Below are positions 1 through 14,903 of a DNA stretch of 64,000 nt, piece after piece; the stretch's first letter is position 1, and every line of letters starts with the position of its first letter. This DNA is from the human T2T-CHM13v2.0 reference genome, Homo sapiens: the NCBI RefSeq assembly GCF_009914755.1, contig NC_060940.1, one strand, 5' to 3'. The notes below the pieces were generated by a model. That model worked only from the letters and a program-made list of their open reading frames with translations, was not told the DNA's origin and ran no database searches. The translations under genes and the position numbers were made by a program.

Positions 1-800
1 TCCCCCATATAAGGCTGCTCCAAACAGAGCTACTTAACTTTTTAAGAATATTCATTTCCCTTTCTTTTCTGCAACACACTCTTCTCCCTACTTACTGCAA
101 AGATCATTGGAACCCACATCTCACACCTTTCCCCCAGCCCTTCCCTGAAATCTGGCGTTTAATGGAAGTGAGCTTGCTAAGCTTCCTGCAAACACTACAG
201 GAATATGGGACTATTTGGATTCCAAGGGACCAGATTGGACCAGAGGCACCAGAGCAGACTACATCTGCCACGAGTGCGCTGAGACATTTTAGTCTTCACT
301 CGTTTGAAGATCTCATCTGGAACATTCACAGTCTCAGAGACAGCAAACGTCATAGCCACCAGCAAGGATGTATTTTTGTTTCTCTCCTTCTCCACAGGTC
401 AGAAGTGGTTAACTATAGCAAGAAGTCTCCTTCTGGGTTTCCCATTGCCAAAAAAATAAAATTTCCTTTGTGAGGCTGGGACAATCTTCATGATTGGGCC
501 CCTAGTATCTTCCTACAGCTCTGGTCTCTTCCTCTACCGTGTCAGACTACACAGGGGTGGGCTCTGATTATACACAGGGCTGAGACCACCTCCTTTTCAG
601 GTCCTTGGCATGCATTCAAGCCTCCATACCTCAGGTGGTGCTGTTTACCTTTACCTAAAATCTACTTCCCTCTGTGTTTCTTTGAGAACTTCTTATCTTC
701 CAAAACCCATCTCATGACAGCACTCTCTTGAACTTTCTCTGAATCTATGTGACTTTGGTGGCAAAATGAATCACTTTGAATGTGATGAGAATATAGCATC

Positions 801-1240
<440 letters not shown>

Positions 1241-3719
1241 GGACTGTCCTATCATGTAAAGCCCGGTTAAAACACCCAGTTTCTCCAGTGCAGTGTTTGT
1301 GCCTCTAGCAAACATTTAATTTCCATGTTTGTTTCACCAGGGCACACTATGCTCCCCGGCATTTGGTAGACATTCAATCCCTGTGCTTATATTCAATTGA
1401 GGAGGGACATATGTCTTGATTAACACTCACCAGGAAGCCGGGACACCTGGCTCTGCCACAAACAACATGTATGTTCTCACCAAAACCAGTTCCCAGTCTC
1501 AGACAATTTTTTTCTTGATAAAATAGAGCACTAGGGAGTAGATGCTTTCAGGGGTTACTAACAGCAATATGATTCGAATAAACTATGTATTCCACTGTGT
1601 ATTTTCATGGCGGGGAGTGAGGAAGGGGATGAAAAGCTCTGGAAAGATGCAACTGGATTTAGACTCAGAGTTACCAGAAAGCCCCAAAGGCTCAGCCAGA
1701 TTCTTCTGATCCTAAGAACAGGGCCCACTGGCAACCTGATAGCTCATCTTCAGATCAATCCCATTGATCTTGCATTGTAACAAAGCCACTTCCCCTCAGA
1801 CTGTAGCTTAGCGGTGCTTCCCAGGGTTTCCTGCCATCTTGCGTGGCTGCATCTTCATCTTTATGCAGCGACTGAGGGCATGTGAGGCACGGCTTGGCTG
1901 TGAAGGTTTGTCTCTCTGTTTTAATGGTGTGACAGGAACCTTTCTTCCTGCCACAAAACAGCTTTACACCGGGTATGAATGAAAACCTCAATCATCCATC
2001 CTCCCAGTGCATATCGTTTGTCTCATGAAGCAGGCAAGACAAGGGCATCTTAGTGGTTTTGTGAACAGGATGGGAGAAACCCTTAGGGTCTTTTCTCCTC
2101 ACCTAGAGATGTCGATCGATTACAACGTAAAGATGGTTAATGACCAGAGGAATAGAACCATGCATTCGTAAGGAACATCAGATTCTTCCTTAGTAAACTC
2201 CTACAACTTCCAAGGGTGAAAAGAGAAGGAACGCCCATGGTAGAAGAAGTGACTGGACCTCACAGGGTGACACTGATACCTACCCTCCTTGAAGAGGCTG
2301 CTCACCAATTCCCGCTGCCAACTGTGCACTGGCCTCAGGGGATGCTCTCACCCCATAAACTCGCTGGCTGGAATGTGGACAAAGGACCCTCCTCTTAATT
2401 TTGTGGCACAATGGAAATAGAGCTGGAACCTTCAACTCAGATTGATTAAAGACTTAGGAATAGCAAAAGAGAAATAAAGTCAGAGGATCATGTAGAAGTT
2501 GAAAATCAGATCGCCTGACTTAGAAGCGAGGACTTGATGTCTGGAGTTTACAGGGTGCCTCCACACCAGCACTGGATGTGCCCCTGTGAGCTGAGCACCT
2601 TTGAAATCACACTGCCCAAGAGCCCACAACTCAATGTTTGTGCTCTCGGAAGTCCAGAGAGAAGAGAATGAATTTCAGAAACACAAGAATTCCCTTCCTG
2701 TGCTCTGTCAAGTGCTCATTTAGCAAGATGCAATTTTCTCTCTGAGGGATGGAATCTTCCATTGTGGTGCCTGTCTCCTGTAAGTGAGACTCCAATCCTA
2801 TCTCATCCCTTTATGGTGTCAACATGATGATCAGATCAAGATTTAGCCCAATAAGGCCAATAGCCCCCTTCCTAACAAGTGATGGGTTCATTCGGTTTCA
2901 GAAGAATTGTGTGTTACAGTTTTGCCCATCCAGCTGCTTATTGGCTCTTCCACTAACTCCTTAAACTCAACCCCTGATCACCCTCCTCCTGGACCCCACA
3001 CCTGCTCCTCCTCTAGCATTCCCCATTTCAAAGCACCACTGAACACTCAGGTGCCAAATATATAAGCTTGCTCTATCCTTTTGTTCAAGCTTGCCTTGCC
3101 CCCTTATTTATCAAGTCTTGGTGACATTATCCTTGCAATATCACAGCCATCCCTACTCTCCACCATCATAGTTTGCCCTCCTTCACACCACTGTCGCCTC
3201 TTCACCAACTGCTAGAACATTCTCCTAGCTGCTCCCTTTGGGCCCTGTATCTTCTTTTTCAACCACCTGGAACTTGCTGAACATTTCCATGAAGATCAGC
3301 TCAGGTTTTATCCCTCTGCTACTTCAAAAATTCTAGAAGCTTCCCGTTGCCATAAAATCAAAGATTTTATTCCCGAGGGTTTTATCAAGCATTCCACAGG
3401 CTAAGTGTAATGCAGAAAGAGGTTCTATGAAAAAAAAAAAATCAGGGAAACTAGATTAACACTCTTGAGATTTTTGTTTTTATTTTTTTGCTGCAGGACT
3501 TTTCAGTGCCTTTGATAAGATATTGATAAGTAATGTGTATTGTGAAGTTCCACACGTGTAATATATTGGCAGCATTCCAAAAATTCTTTTATCAAAAACT
3601 ATCTTAGCAGTATTTTAGAGGACTCATGTCACATGGAATCTGCATCTGAAAATTCTGCTGTAGAATATAAAACATAAAATCTAATTTCTGGCATTCAATG
3701 AACTCCATAATTTAATTCT

Positions 3720-3966
3720 ACTTTTGTTTTCTTATTCAATTTTATTCATAAACAATGCTTAGTTTATTGGGTTTTTAATTACAAAAGAGATACTTGATAT
3801 TGTTATGAAATTAGACAAGAGTATACAGGATAAAATGATTTTTCTTTAAATCAGTCCCCTAATACAATAAACATACAACATTTTTATCATTCTGTTTATC
3901 TTACTAGCTATGTTTACAGATGCACATACATATATAGGCTTCTTTTTTTCTTTCTTTTCTTCCCAT

Positions 3967-4003
<37 letters not shown>

Positions 4004-4330
4004 ATAGTAACATTATACACACATTATTCTGCAAGTTCTTTGATTTCATCAACTGCAATCTTTATGTTTATCTGAACATCTTTCCAGATTTATGCACATT
4101 GACCTTTCTCATTTATTTAAGTAGCTGCATGATGTACTACAGGGCAGATGCCCCAAAATACCACAATTTATTCAATTATTCCCTATTGATGTAATTCTAG
4201 TTATTGCCAGAGTTTTTATTTTTATTTTTTGATGGTTTAATACATGGAATACTGCAACATGTATAACAAAATCCTTTTATTTTATTCCTGAAGTAGAGTA
4301 TTTCAAAAGTTGACCTAGTCCATTTTTCAT
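3720..4330 (-). mobile_element. Ancient L1M (L1ME-like) 3' fragment
   Basis: AT-rich, with TACCACAATTTATTCAATTATTCCCTATTGATG typical of antisense old L1 3' regions. Boundaries approximate. Confidence 0.5.
3970..4001. repeat. (CA)16 microsatellite
   Basis: Seen directly. Confidence 0.95.
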
Positions 4331-5211
4331 GAGAAACTCATGCTATTTGCTATTTGTAGTTCTTGGGTGAAATGAAAACCTACCTGAAGTAGGTAGGACA
4401 GATGCTGAATGCTGGTGCCCATTATTTTAAACAAAGACAGGAAAACGACCTCTGCCCTTTTGAAGTCAGCCCTTGGGATGCCTCTCTGAACACAGCAGGC
4501 AGATGGTGGGCCGCCAGGTCCCCCACAGGACACTCCTCCCCAGCCATCCCTGTCCTGCCTTTAACTCATACCCCATGATGATCCCTCCTGATCTGGGGCT
4601 TTTGGTGATGCCTGTATTTAGAGAAAAGCCCCAAAACCTCACCACATAATAGTAACGAGGGAAGGAGGAAGACAGGGCACAGAAAGTGTGTGGCTCAGAT
4701 GCTGCTGTGGGCACAAAAGTCGCTTGATAAGGGTTCAGAGCTGAACAGAGCTGACAGGAGAGCAAGGGCAGCCACCGCCCACTCATCCTCCAGGGGGACC
4801 ACTGCATTGCACAACCAGACTGCCCAGAAACTGGCTTCCTGTGGACCGCATTCACCAAGTCACTTCTGGGAGCTATCACCCTTCCTTCTCCACTTCCTCA
4901 CTGCCTGCCTCCTTGACAAGTCATCCCTCTGAGCAAGCTGCAAGGGATCCTACTATACCTGCTATGGGAATCAGAATAGCAGGCAAGTCTCAAGCACAGA
5001 CTCGGAACCAAACTGCCAGGCTCAGATCCTAGCTCTTTTCCCTACCAGCTGCATCATCAAACAAGTGACTTACATTTTGATCTTTTGACCTAAGTTTCAT
5101 CATCAATAAAATGGGAATAATGGTAATACTTCATAGGGATGTGACTTTTAAATAAATATAATTTCTTTCTCCCCAAACTGGTGCCCATATGTGTGTGTCT
5201 GCACATGTCCA

Positions 5212-5484
5212 TAAAATATATAATACTATATATTAATGATAATAACATTAATATGGAATACTATATTATACTATATTATATTATATTAGTTTATTATGTT
5301 ATAGTATATAATAGTCATTAATATAACACAATTTTTAATATAATATTATATAATTCTATATTATTATTCTATTAACATTAATATAAAATATATGATATTA
5401 TAAACATATACTGTATTATATAATTATAATTATATATTATATAATAAATATTATATACGCACATATATATATTTTATACATATA
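5212..5484. repeat. AT-rich low-complexity (TA/TAA-like) tract
   Basis: About 270 bp almost entirely A/T with degenerate TATTATA units. Confidence 0.9.
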
Positions 5485-8400
5485 AGGTGCTTAAAGAAGT
5501 GGCTCACAGCAATCTCCCAGGAACGCTTAGCTCTTTTATTGGTGGCCACACACCCATTCTTATCAGGCCCAGCCTCCCTGCAGTGCTCTAGCCTGAGACA
5601 GGCTGGGCCATCTCTGTCCCCTGCACATGGCGTGATGCCAAACCTCTTCACCTTTGCCTATGCTGCTCCCTTTTCCAGGCTGACCTTCCTCAAATCCTAT
5701 GCCTGCTTGCCCAAATCCTTCTCTTCTACAAAGGCTCAGTTCAAAGGGTGCCCTCTCATCAAGCCTTCTAGTATTCCCACCTACCCTGTGTTCCCCCTGG
5801 AGCCTTCTCTCTCCCTGCTTGGCTCTATAGCAGCCCACTTCCTTGGACTTATCACTTTCTGCCTTACATTATAGTCATGCATGCCCTTGACCTTCTGTCA
5901 TTCAGACTGCATGTTTCTTGGCAGCATGGATGAAATCCCTCTGTCCCCTTTGGTGTCTGCCACGAGGACTGACATATAGTGGTACCAAATGCATGTTGGC
6001 TGAATGAACCAGGTCATATTAGGAACCCTTTGCAGTGACACTGTCCCTTCCCATTTTTGAAGTTTGCTCCATTGTTGCATGAAAATCGAAGCATTCTCTC
6101 AACGGGTAGAAAAGTGGCTAGACTCCCTGCACTCTCAGGGTCACGGCAGTGCCTGGAGGAAGGCAAGATGGTCATGGCTTTATGAGAAGTCAGGGTCTCA
6201 GGCTGGGTGGTGTTAATGAACACAGGGTTGATCATGCCATCTTAGAGGGCACCTGAAGCTACAGCCCCCTCTCAACATGTGCCACATACCTCCCCAGCTC
6301 CTCATCACCTGTCTCAGAGCCCAAGTTTTAATTTGAAGTGCAGTGTCTGACCCAACTGAAATGGAATGCAGGGAAGGTCGAATCCTATTAAGTCACCAGA
6401 TCATAAAGCAGAAAGGTATAAAGTTGACAAATTGCTTCTCCCAGTGGCAGCAGCTGTGAGGCACTCAGCGAGCCTGGGCTCTGACCCAGGAAAGGGCCAA
6501 CAGATATCCCCTTCTATTTCCTTGGAACTGGTCTCAATGTGCAACTAACTCCCTTTCCAGAGTGAAAGGGCTTAATTGTTTAACAGGTAAATGTTTCATA
6601 TCCTTCCCTGTATTTTATTTTCCAATTGAAATAGAGCCTGGGGGTACCAGGTCATGCCAGCCTGGGCATATGGATAATAAGTCCACAGTAACCCTTAAAA
6701 AAGGGAATTCTGCTCATTGTGCACCAACTTAAAATTGCACAAATCTCAGCATCCTGCCCTTTTTCCCCACAGACAGTCCTGGGAGGAGCTGAGGCTGTCA
6801 ATCATGGGTCCCTGCAAAGAGTTGCCTTTGCTCCATTGGGGTATGCACCATGAACCTCTTCTCATGCTCTGTGAGCCAAGGTGATGTTTCCAGGAGGAGA
6901 GAAATTGAAGAAGGGAGGCACACACTTTGCACATTTCACCTACGTTATCCCACAGAATCCTCCCTGCCATGTAATGTCAATATCATGGTCTCCATTGTAA
7001 AAACAAGCCAAGAAATGTCCAGCAAGGATAATTACTCACCCAAGGTCAAACTGCTAGTATCAGGTTAAGTTAGGATACAGTGTTCAGAGTCTTCCTGATT
7101 AAAGATCATATTTAGTCCATTATACAACACACTTTCCCTTGTTGCCTCCAAAGCCCTCATTCTAGCCCAGAATTGCCTCACTGAAATATAACAAGCAGCA
7201 TCCTCCATCTGACGTGTACTTTCCTTGTCCTCACAATAAAATCATCCATTCCATTCCTTTTAATGAACCTTTAAACTTTCTAGAAACACACTCCTAAGAG
7301 TATTGTCAAGAAAGCTATGCTATCGGTCCCTAGGTTTCAGTATTGGTCTGGAGCCCATTTGACTAAGGGAGCTCTTACTCTCGGCTTCACTGTGATGCTG
7401 ACTGTCCCCCACCATTACTACCCCACCTCAGCTCCTGCACATGTTCCCCAGTTCTCATCTCAGGCCCCTTGGTCTGATAAGCTATTCGGAAAAGCTTCTT
7501 CCACTGAACTGCAAACTTTGCTAAATAAAATTTTGAAATGGTACTCCCAGGCTCACATACCACAGCTAAGGGATACTTTTTCCACCTAAGCCCACTAGTG
7601 AAGCTTGGTAAACCTGTGTTTCCTCACCTGTCAAAGGGGCAGTAAGCATACCTCCCTCCATGGGATGTTTTATAGGTTCAATGTCGGTCATGTCTTAGGC
7701 ATATAAAATGCTCAGTAGTAACTAGTACAGAATAAAAGCTCAATATGTTAGGCCCCATCTTCCTCCTCATCAGCTGCTCTCCCTGGTCTGAAGTTGCTCA
7801 TGTTGAGCATCTCCACTTCTTGCTGCAGTGGAAGATTAAAGGATCGGTTTGGGCAGGAGGTTGGGGGACATACACAGGGTTAAGTAGCCCTGGGCTCCCC
7901 TCATGTTTGTCAGAAACTAAGATAACCCTCTCATTCAGACCAGAGAAAGGACCCAACATCAGCCACATAAACTCAGTGCTGCTCACATTGAAGGAGACGA
8001 ATGTGCCCAACTCTCTTACTTTGAGGCTCCAATCTTTCTAGGGAAGACTTTCAAGATGACCCATCCCTCTGGCCCTCCAGATACTGGAATCCACTGGGGA
8101 AACCTTGTCTTCTCAAAGAAAATAGAGACAGAATTGGGGCCACTGCTCTACTGACCAGCTCTTTCTCCCTTCCTAATTTCCCTATTGTAGTTAATTACCA
8201 TAGGCGAGAATATCCATTCTTTCATCCATACTTATTAGCTCATTATTCAAATAGATTGTTTAACTCTACCCAGGAGATTCTAAGTTCTGAGTTCTTTTAG
8301 AATTATTTTGTAATGTTTTAAAACAGAAACTTCATAAGAAAAAGTAATATTCCAACTCTGTTAGATATGTTGGATAAAAGCTGATGTTTCTATCCATTCT

Positions 8401-9334
8401 ACTGCAGTCTTTGCATTCCTTTATGCCATAAGAATCTACCATGGCCTTATATACCAGGCAATTTTCTAGGAGTAAAGGATAGAGGCAGTTATGCAAATAA
8501 ATTCAGTGCAGATCCCAGAATCAGAATGGAAGTATTTGCGTGGTGTGGAAAAAGCACGGGGAAGGGTGAGATCAAGTCCTCCTGAAGGAAGAATAACTCC
8601 AAGTCATTCTACTCTTAGAAAATATCTTCCTCTTTCAAGTTGTGGCTCATGAATCACCTTCACTGGGAAGCCTTTCCCATTAACAATTTAAAGTTTTAGA
8701 AAAGTACAGTAAATTCCAGAGACTGGGAACAGGGTCACTGAATTTCATCTGAATTTCTTCTTGACAGATTTGGAAACACAGTTGCCTTGAGCATGAGGAA
8801 GAAGAATCTAGGAAACCCTTCAACAGCATAACAAATATAAACAAGAAACTCCCCAACTCTTTGGGAGTTTCGATGGTCTTGGAAATTTACAGGCAGACCA
8901 CATTCTGATGCTCCTCCACTTCTACTGTAAGTGGTAGTCGGGGGTTCTTTGCTGGGGAAAACTCAGAAAGCTTGGTCATTTGTGGCCTATCAAGTCATTA
9001 TGACATTCAGCTAGTCACTCAAGATGAGAATAACTACCAACCATTTTAGCCAGGGGCTGCTTTTCTTCAGAGAGCAACAAGGAGCTTCTCAATGTTTATA
9101 AACACTCCTTTTCTTAATTTTTATAATCATTCACTATTAGTGCTTCATTTAATGCCAGAAGACATCAAGAAAAATCCCATTTCCCTTCTCATCTACACCA
9201 TTCACGTGACCACACGGGCTCAAGAATTCAGATGCAGAATGAAGGAAGACACTCATGTCTGCTTAGTCAAGCTTTCACAGGTCCTAATTGGATGTAGGAA
9301 GATGTGATTATTTTCACTAGCCTGTTCTCTCTAC

Positions 9335-9855
9335 TGAATGTAAAAGGAAAGACCCAAGACTTGTCTCTCACAAAGCACAGAATGAGGCTTTTCTCTGAAG
9401 TTCCCTTACCCACCTGGAAACCAGACCCTCAAAGAGGAAGACAGCTGTCTTCCATCTTCCCCCAGAAATTTCAATATCTATCACAGAAAAGAAGACAGAG
9501 AGCCTCAACCACACCTAGGTGGACTTTCTCACAAGAAAATGTGCGCTCCTCAGGATCATTCAAATTCCAAAGGGAAACATTTACAATTAAATTTCTGTCT
9601 GTGGGTTTACTCACTTCCCCTGAAAATCATGTACTCCTATGCCCCCTACTTTCCTCTTCCCAATGGATAGCATGTTTAAGTGTCAACCATCTAGTTTTTT
9701 TCTGGAGTTTTCATATTTTGTATGACTCCCATGCACATGTATATATGTAACAAATGTTATGTTTTTCTCTTGCTGACCTGCCTTTTGTTATCAGAGTTTC
9801 AGCTATGACTTTTTATTACGGGAAGGAAAGTAATCACCCCCTTACCACTTGTACA
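9335..9855 (+). mobile_element. Solo LTR, ERV1/MER4-group (MER39/MER34-like)
   Basis: TG...CA ends; 3' part TTTTCTCTTGCTGACCTGCCTTTTGTTAT...GGAAAGTAATCACCCC resembles MER39/MER34 LTRs. Flanks CTAC/CAAC could be a decayed 4-bp TSD. Confidence 0.55.
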
Positions 9856-10251
9856 CAACCAAACTCCACATCCTAAAATTCAATTATCACTGAACTTCAC
9901 AATGCAGCAAGGCCCAGTCTTATCATCTCTCCCCTCCAATATCTTCCTCCCTGTGTCTCTTATATTGGTAAAGATTGCCATTTTTCTTCAACAACCAGCA
10001 TGCCATTTTACAGCTCTCCCTCACATCATCCCCAGTTTTCTTGGATACATCTTCTTAAGATCAATAATACTGTACCTACCACATTTTGTCTACCCTCACT
10101 GCTACAACATGGTCCAACTCCTTAACACTTTATGCATAAATTCCTTGACTAGATTTTCCAAAGCATTCTCCCATCATAAGCTTTATCTGCTCCTCCCAAT
10201 CTTTCCCAGTTGTCATAATAAACTTTCTCCAATGTAAATCTAAGCCACTAA

Positions 10252-10559
<308 letters not shown>

Positions 10560-10759
10560 TCACTAAAATGTTTATATTTATATCACCCATTTCCCTTTAC
10601 ATTGCCCATTTCCCTTCAGGATAAATCCAGGCTTCTTACACTCCCTAAAGACCCCTGCATAATCTGAACCTGGTCCTACTCTCTGCCCCCTCCCCAAATG
10701 TACTCTAGCCTCTGACGTATGGAAATATGTACACCCCTTTACCATCAACCTTCTTTTGC

Positions 10760-11850
10760 TATTTTGGTTTTATGTTTCTGTGGCAAATGCCTTACAGCAG
10801 GATTGGGTTTTATCTCTAAAGGTGAGAATCGCTGTCTTCTAAGTGAAATTAACTCATTCATAGTATAAGTATTTTGACTTACTGAAACCAACATTCTCTA
10901 TTTGCCACTCTTTCTGGTCATTTTCTTATCCTTTGCTCCTTCCTTAAGTTCTATTGCCTGGGGTTCCTCTGCTTTTCTTCCTTAGGCCTAGGTCTTTAGT
11001 GGTCTGGGGGTTTGTAGTCTTGATCTGTTTTTCTAATTTTTAACCTTACGTATTTTAATAAAAATACTTAAATGTAGGCAAATCTGAACAATTTTAGAGA
11101 TGATCAGCATCTATATTCTCCACATAACAAAACAAATCTCAGCATGCTGTAAATTCCATCTGCCTCCTTTACCCATCCCCAACTTATTGTATATTGAAAT
11201 CAGCAGAGATACTTTAGTCAGAAAATTAATTTTTAAAAACTCAAGACATTTAAAATTAAGAATTTTTTTCTGGTTTGTTTGTTCACCATTGTTTCCTTTA
11301 TCTGACTTCTTTCTCTTAGGTTTATTTTTTCCCCTTGTTGTTAATTAGTTTCAAGGAGATCTGCTCATGGTAAATTTTCCAAATCTTTGCATATCAGAAA
11401 ATCTGTTGATTTTACTCTCAAACTTAAATCATGCTTTTACTGGGTATAGTGATCCAGATTCAACATTAATTATCTCCCTGACATTTGAAAATATTGCTCC
11501 ATTATCTGCTGTATTCATCGCTGCTGCTGAGAAGTCTGTTGTCAACCTGATTCACATCACTTTATAAGTAATTTGTCCACCTACTCCACCATACCTCACT
11601 CCAGAAGCTTTCAGAATTTTCTTTAGTGACTTAAGATTTTATCACAGTGTCTTGCATGGATTTAATTATCCATTTATTCTTTTCTACATGACATGAAAGA
11701 ATATTTTTCAGCCTAGTAACTTATTGGATTGTTAAATTCTATGAATTTGCTTTCCATTATGTGTTTGAATTATTGCTGGGTCCATTCTGCTATCCAATTC
11801 ATGTGCTGGTGTTTCTTGTTTCAACAAACCAATTTTTAATACCTTGGATC
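10760..11850 (-). mobile_element. Ancient L1M fragment (ORF1 region, antisense)
   Basis: TTTGAAAATATTGCTCCATTATCTGCTG...GCTGCTGAGAAGTCTGTTGTCAACCTGATT is typical of antisense L1M ORF1. Boundaries approximate. Confidence 0.6.
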
Positions 11851-12240
11851 TCTACTTATTCAGGCTGTGTTTATTAGGGGCTGCCAAACTGAGCTCTAAA
11901 AGGCATTCTCATTAAATGGAAAAGTTATACTAAAATGAGCTGTTATCTGAGATGAGTAGGTCTGAAACGAATGTGTATAATTTAATGCATCTAGTTTACA
12001 CTATGCAAGGTTGTGAAAGGCCTGGGCAATTCATGGTTTTAAGTCCTCAGATAGAGCAAGGGAAGGCGGGGAAACTGTAGATCTGGTTGAATTTCTGACC
12101 ATGTTCTTCTGTGCTGACCATTCAAAGACTCCTCCCTTTCAAACCTTTGAAGTCAAGGTACAACTGGTCATACGTATACAAACCTCTGAGAAAAGTGAAT
12201 GACAAATCTATAGTGGTGAGGTTTCATTAACTTGTAAAGA

Positions 12241-12674
12241 GAGTGCAGTGTTGACTTTAGCTCCTGTTTATTCTAACAAATGTGCCATCTTTATGTCAAA
12301 GTTCCTTTGTTCTTTCTGTAGCATTCTACCCCTCCCTCCACTGCCTGGCTTTATTTAGGTCTACAGAGAAGATAAGTGGATGACCTGCCACGAGCAACCA
12401 TACACCGCAAAGAGCACCTTACTGTAAAAATATGCTAGATATATTTAGTGCTGCTTAATTAGAATTAGCTATCTTGAATTCATTTCCCTTTCTTTATGAT
12501 GAGGTTTTAAATAAAAACCCAAACACTCTATGTTTGTATTTATTGCAGGGCTTGAATTAGGTTGAAATCTGGATTCTCTCACCTTGAGCAAGATGTGTTA
12601 CTACTCAGCCTCAGTTTTCTTATCTGCAATCTCAAGAAAATAATGTTTTCCTCACAAGGATGCTGGAAGGATTG
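12241..12674 (+). repeat. Left arm of ~435-bp inverted duplication (derived copy, TSD-flanked)
   Basis: Hand alignment to the reverse complement of 14904-15340 gives about 17 substitutions and 2 small gaps. Flanked by TTGTAAAGA at 12232-12240 and 12672-12680. Confidence 0.95.
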
Positions 12675-14342
12675 TAAAGACACGAAGATAGTTGGGCTGT
12701 AGACTTCAATACACTCTAACAAAACAAAAAAGGCTATGTTTCCATAGCAAGTTCAATGCATCCACACTCATACGCTTAATAATTGAACTAGCACTTCCCA
12801 GGGGCATACAGTGCATATGAGCCAGGGAGAGTACCCACATGGCTTCATTTTTGGAATTCTATGACTTTTGGGTATTCACGTTCTCAACCAAACCATTATG
12901 TCACCCTAGGATTTGCATTTAATACCTAGTCTCATACTGAACTGGTAAATGACTTTGAACTCCTTAAAAAAGCAATGAGCTCCAAATAACAAAAGCAATG
13001 TGTTAGAAGATGTTATTATTAACTCCCTAGCCATTTTTCAGAGTGTCAGACTCCATCCTCCCAAGGAGCAGGGAGTCTAATATTGGTACAAATTCCCTGG
13101 ATCTTGACATTTAGTTTCAGAGTTTTAATTGACTCCAGACTCACACATCATGTGTCTCATGAAAGACAACAGTCATCTGCACGATCTCATCACCATCTGC
13201 CCCCTAAACCATCTGAAACTCTGGGGACTCCAAGGGAAAAGTAGAGAGAGAATTTGTCAAATCATTAGCACCCTATTTTCAGAGGCCCTCTAAAAGGTGC
13301 AAGTGGCAATATTTGCCTGAGTCTGTGATCAAGTCCCTCAGCAGCCAAGAGCATGTATTCTCTAAAGTTTATTCTAAAAAATAATTTTAAAAGTTTATAT
13401 GCTAATAATTCTGGCCTTCACTACCCTTTCTGGTCAAGGTATTATCCCTCACCTGACAAAACAGGAAAAATTGAAAACGAAGCACAGATAGCTGTAGTCT
13501 TCTAATATAAAAGAAATGGAAAGAAACGGATATTAATTTAGCAAATCTAATGCTTACCACTTGCTTTTACTGGCACAAAAGCCACACACACCTACACACT
13601 CACACACTACAGATATAGAAAGATCTAGACAGAGACACAGACATAGATGTGGATGTACATTTTCCCCTCAATATAATCATTTGAGGTAGATGCAATCATC
13701 TCATTAATAGGTGTGCAAACAGGCACAGAGCAAGACAAACCTAAAACCCCCATGTTCATCCTTAGCCCTTAGCTAAGTAATCATGCATTCTTAGCTATTG
13801 ATTCTCCATTTCATGGTTGGAAACTATACTGTTTTGTTCATTCCTGTATCCCTCTGCCTGGCAGAGAGTCTGGCAATAGTACATGGTCAATGAAATTTTG
13901 TGGAACGAATAAAGAGCAGGCTATAATATGGTACCAACACAACAAGTTATAGAGACAGGCTTTATAGACAGGAGCTCAAATTTATTGACCACCTACTATC
14001 TTCCAGACCCTCTGCTGGGCAGAAAGATACAGAGATGAATGGAACAGATATAGTTCCTGACCATCTAACGGGAGAAGTAATAACTAAGACTATACTATTG
14101 CTTGGCTGAAGGATATGGAAGAAAGGAAAAGGCCACCATGAGGGAGATGATACAGAACTGAGAGAAGGGATGGGTAGGTGCTATCCAGCCCCAAATTAGA
14201 TATCAGAGTTTGGGAAATCCTATCTCTCAGGAGGTCATTCTGACCTGTTGTCACACTGACTACCTTGAACGTTATGCTCAAGATTTTGTTTCCTCTGGGA
14301 CACAAACATACACACACGTACATGTTGCATTTCCTAGAGTCT

Positions 14343-14558
14343 GGGGTCACCGGATTTAGCAAATAAAAATGCAGGATTTCCAATTAAATTTGAATTTCAG
14401 ATAAACAAATTTTTAGTATAAGTATGTCTTAATATATGAGACGTACTTACACTAAAAAAATTATATGTCTGAATATATGAGACACACATATACTAAAAAA
14501 TTATCCTTTGTTTATCTGAAATTCAAAACTGGTTGGACAAATTTTATTTTGGGAATCA
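14343..14558. mobile_element. MER53 palindromic hAT MITE with internal 41-bp tandem duplication
   Basis: GGGTCACCGGATTTAGCAAATAAAAATGCAGG...TTAAATTTGAATTTCAGATAAACAA...TTTATCTGAAATTCAAA matches the recalled MER53 consensus. Confidence 0.8.
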
Positions 14559-14903
14559 TTCAATAATTTTAAAGTGAAATAGGATAAAATGCAGACTTTA
14601 TTAATATAGAGATTGTAGGCCTAAGTTTTACTGAATGTTAATTAGACATGTTAATTTTTGAGAAGAGCTAACTTTCAAAGATGAGAACAGTATCTTCCCA
14701 ACCTCTGTCTGTCATGGTTAATCCATGAAGATCACAGAACGCCAAGTCTAGTATGTAAAAAGCACTCAGTATCAATATGGTTGTTTACTTAATTTCATTA
14801 TTGCCAGTGGTGTCCTCATTAACGGATTCATTACACCAATATCTAGTGAACCTTTCTGTTTTCTAGGCACTGTGCTAAAGTTTTTTACATACATCATCTC
14901 TCT

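Noticed and set aside
260-331. Frame reading YICHECAETF*SSLV*RSHLEHSQ resembles a C2H2 zinc finger
   Set aside because: Single motif, two stops, wrong H-x3-H spacing, no TGEKP linker or neighbouring fingers; likely chance. A tBLASTx hit would be needed.
11945-11972. CTGAGATGAG...GAAAC reminiscent of a hammerhead ribozyme core
   Set aside because: Does not match CUGANGA and lacks the required stems.
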